The notes beneath the pieces were generated by a model. It saw only the letters and a program-made list of their open reading frames with translations, was not told the origin of the DNA and ran no database searches. A DNA stretch of 64,000 bases from Macrostomum lignano (taxonomy: Eukaryota): contig NIVC01000225.1 of the NCBI GenBank assembly GCA_002269645.1, forward strand, positions 694,286 through 758,285, written 5' to 3'. This document shows positions 55,302-64,000 of this stretch, piece after piece. The translations under genes and the position numbers were made by a program. Numbering within the stretch: position 1 is the first letter of the stretch; each line of letters starts with the position of its first letter.

Positions 55302-58300
55302 GCTGAGATAGGTCAGTGATGCAGACTTTCAGAATTGCAGGCTTTAACTTTCACTATGAATAGATTTTCTGCTTGAAGAATTTTTTCATGCAATTTGCAG
55401 AATAAATGTGCCTCCTATTATTTATTCATAGCATCTTGTATATGATTGTATTTGGATAAATAAAAGCAAGCATATTCTAGAAGCTATTTATACTAATATT
55501 GTAAAAAGAATATACAAAATGAAATAAAACTATTAAAATTTATTATACTACTGACACTTCTATTGTACAATATTTTGAAGCTATCAATGAATAATACAAG
55601 GGACTATAACAACGTTTTAATTTTTTTAAATAGCAAAAATTATATATATCCAAGTATTTTTAAGAATACTTAAAAGTAATAAGAGCTTTGAATTACTTTC
55701 ATGTCAATAAAACATTTCCAAATTAGATTTACTAATTTTATAATGCTTATATCCAGGGACACAATCAATCAGAGGATAAGGGAGATAGATGCCCTCCCCC
55801 TTTTTACAGAAGCCTACAGAAAAGACCAAGCACTTTTTTAAAAATATATATGCTCATCTTTTGCCCTCTTGGGTCTTCATACTTTTGGCCTACTTTAATG
55901 AAATTTTAGTTGTGTCACTGCTTATTTGACATGCATGTTCAAATAAAATATAACAAGTTATGATTACCATAAAGCCACAGTATACAGGTCAAGCTAAAAG
56001 CTAAGAAATATAATTAAAAAACTATCTTGCTAAAAACAGTAAAATTGTTAGTAGAATTATTATATAATCAACAAAATGACTATTTTCTATTTCTCTATTT
56101 TCTAGCTAATTAATAAAAACTTTTTAGATTCATAAAATTCTACTTTATTAATATCTAAATTATTCATCAAAATTTACTCATTAAAATTCAGTTACATGCA
56201 ACATGGGCATTTAATTTTTAATATTTTCTTATAGCCCATGCAACATTACTATATAATATATTTTAAATATTGTCACATTTTGACTTTATTACATTTTATT
56301 TTAAGCAGAAAAGAGATAAAGAATACAAACGCTAATGTTAAGACAATAAAAAGTGATACTATCTAGAATAATTGTTGATGGTATAGTACATTATAATCTA
56401 TAACTTATAAGAAACTATAATAAGATTTAAAATCATAAAATAAAACTAAATAGAAATTGTAATAAAATTGTAATAAGAAGTATACACTTGATAAATAGTT
56501 AATTCTAATATGAGCTACACACATTGTCAGGACCATTACTATTTCATTTAATGCATTCAAGTTGATGTACTTTATTACGAAATTTAAGATGCAGTACATG
56601 TAAGACGTATACGACACATAGAACTGATAATTACTAAAGAACCACTGATAAAATCAATACATGTTTCCTGCATGTATGTCTCGTCTCGTTCAGAGCATAA
56701 AACAAACAACAAATGAAGAAAGTGATCAAGTTATGCCAAAATCATTCGTTTGATTGATTTGAGCTAGAGTATGTCAATTTTTAGCAGAATAATGAGAAAA
56801 CATTCCCTCAAACTTTAATTAAGTCACTAGACTAGACGATCAAACTTATTTTTAAGTTTTACGGTACAAAAGAGACAGAATGAGCTGAAATTTTCATCTT
56901 CAGATAGGCATTTAAAATATTTTAAATGTTTCTTAGTGTTACTAAGGCAAAATATAAAGATTTAAAACAAATGAGTTTTGACCAAGGTTTGAAACCTTAA
57001 AGTTCCACTTCAAACTGGTATAGGTTACTTTAAGTTTTTTAATCCGTTAATAATCACTGTAAAAGAAATTACTTTAAATACAAAATAAACGCTTTCAATT
57101 CACTAGCTCGCTATCAAACTTTTTAAAAGCTAAATTATTATGAAAAGTGCGTATACGTTACTAAATTGACACCTTTCATACATCTTTCTATCGCGCCTCT
57201 TAAAACTGAAAGTTGCCTTTCACATAGTACTCGTACGTAATAACAGGGAGTTGTCGCCATGGAATTGACAGTAATATACAATGTATATACATGTACGGGA
57301 CACAAAAAACTAAGAATCCATCAAGTGCTGATCTGCATGGAAAGGTAGTATACGACAGGTCCGTTGCAACACACTTAAAGTGGGGGTCGAACCTAGCTTG
57401 CGCAGGCAGACTGATGCCGGCTAATTATTCATGGCTTGACTTTCGACAGTTTGCTAAAGCCACACGGTACGTACGTCTTCCACCACTCGATGAGTGTTCA
57501 CAGATAGTGGTATTTCATGCTGAATTTTTATGGCAAAATTTTAATTTGGGCTACATGTACATGAATATGAGGATTTTACGATTTAAACACAGCTTTCTTG
57601 TTCGTATTTAATTTTGACGCAAAAAATTGCGGCATTGATAGCTTGAAAGTCTAAAAATTATGCACCGCAAGTCACGTGACAATGCAACATGCCTAAATCC
57701 AATTATTTCTTCATCAAGTGCCAATATCCACCTTCGAAATATATTTTAAACAAACAAACAGACAACCGTTAACCTTTTTGAATAGAAAAGCAAAAACAAA
57801 AACTACTTGGTCGCTACTTACAGTAGCTGAACATAAAAACGAGAAGGAAAAAATAATGGCACAAAAGCAAAAGTAATAATGAAAAAGAGAGACACTGGGA
57901 AAAAACTTTCAACCGGAAACCCGTACACACAACACACGAACAGGTGAAAATTAATTAATTTTATAAAATAAGACACGAAACAACAGTAAAACAATAAATT
58001 ATTATAGTAGACTTCACATTAAGGCTGCATTGTTGAAATAAATGAATCGGTCAATTCTACTTAAAGTAATATGAACGAGACTACTTAAAAATTTATTGAT
58101 TGCGCATCAGGAAAACAGGAATAGTGAAAATATAATAAAGTATAGAAATAAGTACAGAGATGCACATACAGTAATAGATTTTCATAAATTTTCGATAAAG
58201 ACGAGAAGACTGGAAACCAAATCTGATAATAAATTATAATATTATGTATGCAATACAAATATAATAAAAATGACACAGAAAGTGTACATTGGCAGGTCTA

Positions 58301-58868
58301 CTTGTAATGATAATGAAATTCTACTCGTAGTTTTATTTATCTAGCAATCGTTAGAACTGACTACTATATAAATACACTAAAACTCGGCTAAAAATCTTTG
58401 CCGTAATGGCCAAGTTGTAATGTGTTATATTTAATATACTCCAGTAGTACATCATTTACCAGGACAAAAACCACATTTTTTTCCTATTCATCCAATACAG
58501 CAATAAACAAAGACTCCTGCTTTAACAGAGAACTCTTATTTGTGCAACAACCAAGACTGTTAATTCAAGCATAGCCTACGCTTGAAACAAAGACTCTTAA
58601 GTCTTAACTCAAACATGCCATATTCTTGCAACAAAAAGATCCTTTTTATCAACCAGCTACTTTCGGAATAAAGACTTTACATTTGACAGATAAATGTTTT
58701 TTGGAACTAAGACTATTAATTCAAGCATCTTCAGTTAAATCAGTCTTAATATCGTAAAGAAATCCCGAGAATTATTAGAAAATACTCCTAAGAGACTCCA
58801 GTTCGCAGCACTTTAATCTAGACGCAAAAAATGAATGTACTTTAAGAGAAAACACATCCAATCCGCGC

Positions 58869-61800
58869 TCACAGATCGCCGCCGTGTGTCTTGCGGAAAT
58901 ACTCTTCCTTCTTCTCCGGATCCGGGATGATGGTGGCGGCACCTGGACGCCAGCCAGCCGGGCAAACCTCGCCGTGCTTGTCAGTGTACTGGAACGCCTG
59001 CACTAGTCGAAGGGTCTCGTCAACCGAGCGACCAACGGGCAGGTCGTTCATAGTGATCTGCCTGAGCACGCCTTTGTCGTCAATGATGAAGAGGCCGCGG
59101 AGACTGTGACCGGCTGATTCCAGATAGACGCCATAGTCTTTGGCAATCTGGTAATGATTTGGTTTTATGGTTAGATAGTCTACTTTAATAAGGTAGCCTG
59201 AGATTCGAGAACTGATAAAATCTCACACCTGATATTTGCGAACTGATGGAATCTCACACCTGGCATTTGCGAACTGATGGAATCTCACACCTGGCATTTG
59301 AGAACTGATGGAATCTCACACCTGATATTTGAGAACTGATGGAATCTCACACCTGACATTTGAGAACTGATGGAATCTCACACCTGAGATTTGAGAACTG
59401 ATGGAATCTCACACCTGATATTTGAGAACTGATGGAATCTCACACCTGACATTTGAGAACTGATGGAATCTCACACCTGAGATTTGAGAACTCACTCATG
59501 GAATCTCACACCTGAGAGAAAAGATCAAGCTCTCTGATTTATAAATACCTGATGGGTCAGATCGGACAGCAGTGGAATCTGCAGATCGCCAAGGCCGCCT
59601 TTATCGCGCGGAGTCTTCAGCCAGGCCAGGTGAGTGAACGGACTGTCAACCGAGGCGGCCACAACTTCGGTGTTGATTTTGCGGAAATCGTTAACCCGAT
59701 CGCTGAATGCAATTATCTCGGTTGGACAGACAAAGGTGAAATCCAACGGATAGAAAAAGAAGACAAGGTATTTGCCTTTGTAGTCCGACAGTTTAATCTC
59801 CTTCATCTGGCGGTTGATGACGGCTGTACCGCTAAATGCTGGGGCCGGCTTCGAGACTAGAAAAATTTCGTGAAGATCCATGTAGAACATGCTCTGCTTT
59901 ATTTGCTAAGGAGTCATAAAACAATTTTGCTCTAAACGATTATTTTCGAATTTCGAATAGTTTTAGAATGGTTCTAAGATAATGCTCTAATAGTGCCTCT
60001 CACTGATCCGTGAGCTGGCACTGCATGCTTCTCCCTGATCCTTCAGCTGGCACTGCATGCTTCTCCCTGATCCTTCAACTGAGCTGGCACTGCATGCTTC
60101 TCCCTTCAGCTGGCACTGCATGCTTCTCCCTGATCCTTCAGCTGGCACTGCATGCTTCTCCCTGATCCTTGAGCTGGTACTGCATGCTTCTCCCTGATTT
60201 TTTAGCTGGTACTGCATGCTTCTCCCTGATCCTTGAGCTGGTACTGCATGCTTCTCCCTGATCCTTGAGCTGGTACTGCATGCTTCTCCCTGATCCTTCA
60301 GCTGGTACTGCATGCTTCTCCCTGATCCTTCAGCTGGCACTGCATGCTTCTCCCTGATCCTTCCTTTAGCTGGTACTGCATGCTTCTCCCTGATCCTTCA
60401 GCTGGTACTGCATGCTTCTCCCTGATCCTTGAGCTGGTACTGCATGCTTCTCCCTGATCCTTGAGCTGGTACTGCATGCTTCTCCCTGATCCTTTAGCTG
60501 GTACTGCATGCTTCTCCCTGATCCTTTAGCTGGTACAGCATGCTTCTCCCTGATCCTTTAGCTGGTACAGCATGCTTCTCCCTGATCCTTTAGCTGGTAC
60601 TGCATGCTTCTCCCTGATCCTTGAGCTGGTACTGCATGCTTCTCCCTGATCCTTTAGCTGGTACTGCATGCTTGTCAATATTATTGATTAAGGTATATTT
60701 TCCTAACTGTAAAAAAATTTAGAATAGAAAACAACATTGTTATTGTAATTTTGAAATTAAATTTGCTACAATGAGCCAATGGCGGCCCTTTTACGTTTGA
60801 AATGGTGTCTCTGTTATATTTGACATGGTGCCTCTTTAATGTTCAATATGGTGGCTTTTTAATGTTTGACATGGTGGCTCTTATATGTTTGACATGGAGT
60901 CACATATATGTTTGACATGGTGGCTCTTTTATGTTTGACATGATGGCTCTTCTATGTTTGACATTGCGCTTCTTTTATGTTTAGCAGTTTTGTGTTTTTA
61001 AGATGTTTTAATAAAAAAGTTATTTTGCACTACTAAGATTTGAAGCCAGGTTGCTACATTAGCAGTCTAGTCTGTTTGCATCTTGGCTATCTCTTTTCAA
61101 TTGGAGAACATGAATCGTGGCCCTTATAATTCAATACTTATAGCAAGTCGGTTAGAGTAAAAAGTTATGACATAATCAATTTCTCAGTCAGCCAGTATCA
61201 GTCTCAATTTAAAGTAGCAATATGGTTACGCAATTGAAATCAAGTTGTGTGTGCATTTCTTTGACACTGTTTTCAACTTGTTGATGCAATTTGTATCAGA
61301 ATTGAAGTTCAACCAGTTAGTTTTTTTTCTCTAGCATTCTTACAATGCATTTTCAAGTCAAAAATTTTGCTTTACCTTTGTAAAAATAATGTTTTTTGAA
61401 TATTTAATCCCTTTAACATTGAGTAATTTCTTAGCCAGGATGCATGTACCGTCCCAGAAAAAATTCTGATTGAATGGTGAAGTTTGAAGAAAATTGGTTG
61501 AGCTAATTTTTTTTGAAATCAATTGCATAGCTAGATACAGACAGTTCATTTTAGCATATAGGAGATAATTTTTACTTTTTACTTTTTTATGCTTGTAGTT
61601 ATAACAAGTGGGGTGTAGCCTCTTAAATTTAAATAAGTATATGTATACTATATAGTAAAGCCCTATACTATATACCATAATCCAGGCATATGTACTATGA
61701 TTATTAGAATACAATCCACTTCAGTAATAACCATTTTGGTAACAGACACTTTGGTAACAAAAAATGACCACTTTGGTAATAGCCATTTTGGTAAACAGCC

Positions 61801-62788
61801 ACTTTGGTAACAAAGCAGATTTATGACTATCAACACTTTATTTTTATGATAATTAAGTTTAGCAATAATTACTTTAATAAATAATATCTCAAATATCTTT
61901 CTAGTTGAACAAGTATCTTTCTGTTAAAATTTCTAGTTGAACTATACTATAATTTGTTTAAACTTGTGCATTAACTTTGAGAAAATTTTGAAGGCAAAGA
62001 AAATTGATCAATTGAAATTAATTGGTCAATAAGGGCCTAGGCCCTATATACTTAAAATTTAAATTTTAAATAATTAATAAAGAAAAAAATTGACTATTTC
62101 TTTCTAAGTCACTATTTGCTAACTAGATGATAGATCTTAATGTATACAGTATTACAGTATACAATATTTGGTCAATTATAAGATGTCTCGGATGCATCAT
62201 GCATGGTATCTGACTCATCTGGAAATTAAAATACATTAGTTAAAACACTTTTAACAAATTAAACAAATTAAAATTAACCAAATAAAAATAATTATTTCTT
62301 TAAAGTTTGCTTGAACATTCTGTTGGAGCTTATCAATTAATACATATTATATATTATTCTCACTTGTTACTGAAGTGGCTGTTACTGAAATGGCTGTTAC
62401 TGAAGTGGACTGTTACCAATTATCAGTGGCTACTTGCAAGTAGTTGCAAAGGAAACAGCACAATAATTTTGCCTAGAATCAGGTATTAGATTTAGGTTTA
62501 GAAAAAAAGCCATAGGCCTAGGCACAATTGATTTTAAACATAAATATATTAGTGTAGGCCTAATAATGCGAAATTTATTAAATTTTTTAAGAAATGAAAA
62601 ATTGAAAAATTCATATTATTTCACTTACTTTGGGCTTTGCTAATGTGAAGAGAGTGGCTCCAAGTTGGGCTCGATTCTTGAGGGTAAACTTGACCATCGC
62701 CATAATTTTGACATTTTTCAGCATTTGTGGCAGCAATTATGCCGACAATAAATCCAAAAACACACAGAAAGAAATTATTGGCTGTCAT
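58869..62788 (-). CDS. PRDX4: Peroxiredoxin-4-like (secretory/ER typical 2-Cys peroxiredoxin), 248 aa, 3 exons
   Basis: Exons 62788-62629 (signal peptide [23 protein letters not shown], then C..Y..GQVYP.E...HSLHISKAQ, which is Prx4-specific), 59856-59549 ([15 protein letters not shown]) and 59147-58869 ([23 protein letters not shown]). Phases are 1 and 0. Confidence 0.96.
59215..59520. repeat. 31-bp minisatellite (ATGGAATCTCACACCTGACATTTGAGAACTG), about 10 copies, PRDX4 intron 2
   Basis: Directly visible. Confidence 0.96.
60010..60672. repeat. ~32-bp minisatellite (AGCTGGTACTGCATGCTTCTCCCTGATCCTTG), about 20 copies, PRDX4 intron 1
   Basis: Directly visible. Confidence 0.96.
60800..60975. 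repeat. Degenerate ~22-bp repeat (ATGTTTGACATGGTGGCTCTT), PRDX4 intron 1
   Basis: Directly visible. Confidence 0.8.
61695..62432. mobile_element. MITE-like element with inverted arms of short repeats, PRDX4 intron 1
   Basis: The left arm (~61695-61815) has CCACTT(C/T)(A/G)GTAAC repeats. The right arm (~62360-62430) has the reverse complement, GTTACTGAAGTGG repeats. The AT-rich interior is non-coding. Confidence 0.6.
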
Positions 62789-64000
62789 AGTGCAACTGTG
62801 ATATTTATTTTGATAAAATTTAACTGTTTTTACTTTATAGTAAGTAAAATGATTTTAATCAAAGCAAATAAGCAAAGCAGCAGTTTTCTGACAAAAAAAT
62901 GTGCTGACGATCTTTCTCACAATTTAACTCTTTAAAAAAGAGCGCAAATGATAATTCAGTAAAGCAAATAAATAATTTTTTAAGCCTAGCTGCACAACAA
63001 AAACAAACTTAATGTTTGTAAAAGTTGAAAAAATTAGTTTATTTTTATAAATAATAAGAAGGTATATGCTTCAAGTAAGGCTGTTTGTTTTCTGCAGTTT
63101 ATTTGACAATAATAAAATACTTCTATTAAAATTAATTTCTTAATTAAAAACTTAGGCCTACATACACTACACTACACCTTACTAAAAAGTTTACAGAAAT
63201 TTTTCTGAGTAGGATAGTTGTTCTGATAATTACAACAGTGATAAATACAGGCAGAATTGCAAGGCACTAAGGCTAGGGGCCTACCCCAACCAATTTTTCG
63301 CCATCTTCTTTTTGATTGTCTAAACAGTTTTTGAAACTTTGATACTTTTGAAGCAGCTTTGTGTTGCCCCTCCCCTCCCCCTCCTCAAAAATGTTCTAGA
63401 TCTATGCCTTAACTTCCCCTTAAGTAAGATACCAATTGTTGTTAAGAAATAGTAATAGATCGTTTCGTTTATTAGGCAACTATGGATAGAGTGTAGGCCT
63501 TATGCTCCTTATGCTATGGTCCATGCCATGATAGGCATGGCATGGACATGGCATAGGCCTAACTCCTATGAAATGTGAATTGCTGTCCAAATATGTCAGT
63601 TCTAAACCTAGCTAAAAAATCAGACAGGCGCCTAGATTTTAGCGAATTTTAGCTAGGGCCTATTTAATAAAATAGTTATTATTATCACATTGTCTTAAGA
63701 GCTAGGCCCTAAGCTGAAACTTAAAAATGTAAGCATGTTTAACTACACCATTTGTTTGTTAGACAAACCATTTTTAGTATATGCAAATTTTGGTTTTGTT
63801 GTTTTGTTTCAATGGTATATTCTCTACTATATTCTTTAGCATATATTTATTCTTCAATATTAGCCAACAATCCCAACATTAACATAGACCTAATTAATAT
63901 TAGTCCCTCCCCTTATTGATTGTCCTTTATACTAAAAATGAAATGTCTATGTATATGTGTGAGATAGATTCCAGAAAAAAATGGCTCAACGGATTTTCTT

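Overview
Eukaryotic (metazoan) genomic DNA. GC-rich exons sit in AT-rich introns and spacers that are filled with private mini- and microsatellites. The style is compatible with a free-living flatworm such as Macrostomum, but that is inference and unverified. Spliced gene models were assembled by hand from GT-AG sites and reading-frame phase. Almost all lie on the minus strand: a CD-mannose-6-phosphate-receptor-like protein, an SLC36 amino-acid transporter, PEX10, four intronless Pi-like GSTs, a divergent Ig-like type I membrane protein, MNS1 and PRDX4. The plus strand carries a BEN/DUF4806-like protein with an acidic tail and a truncated CDS at the left edge. Other features are a CORE-type tRNA-SINE, two inverted copies of a ~400-bp non-autonomous element and a near-identical ~3.1-kb tandem duplication bounded by 30-bp minisatellite arrays. 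The most notable observations are a chimeric GST explained by unequal crossover, an Ig-like receptor whose introns are almost pure AG-free microsatellite next to a duplicated putative exon cassette, possible trans-splice acceptors just upstream of co-oriented genes, and clustering of unrelated minisatellite unit lengths at 30-34 bp. No CRISPR array or intact RNA gene was found. Most long ORFs in the supplied track are repeat artefacts.
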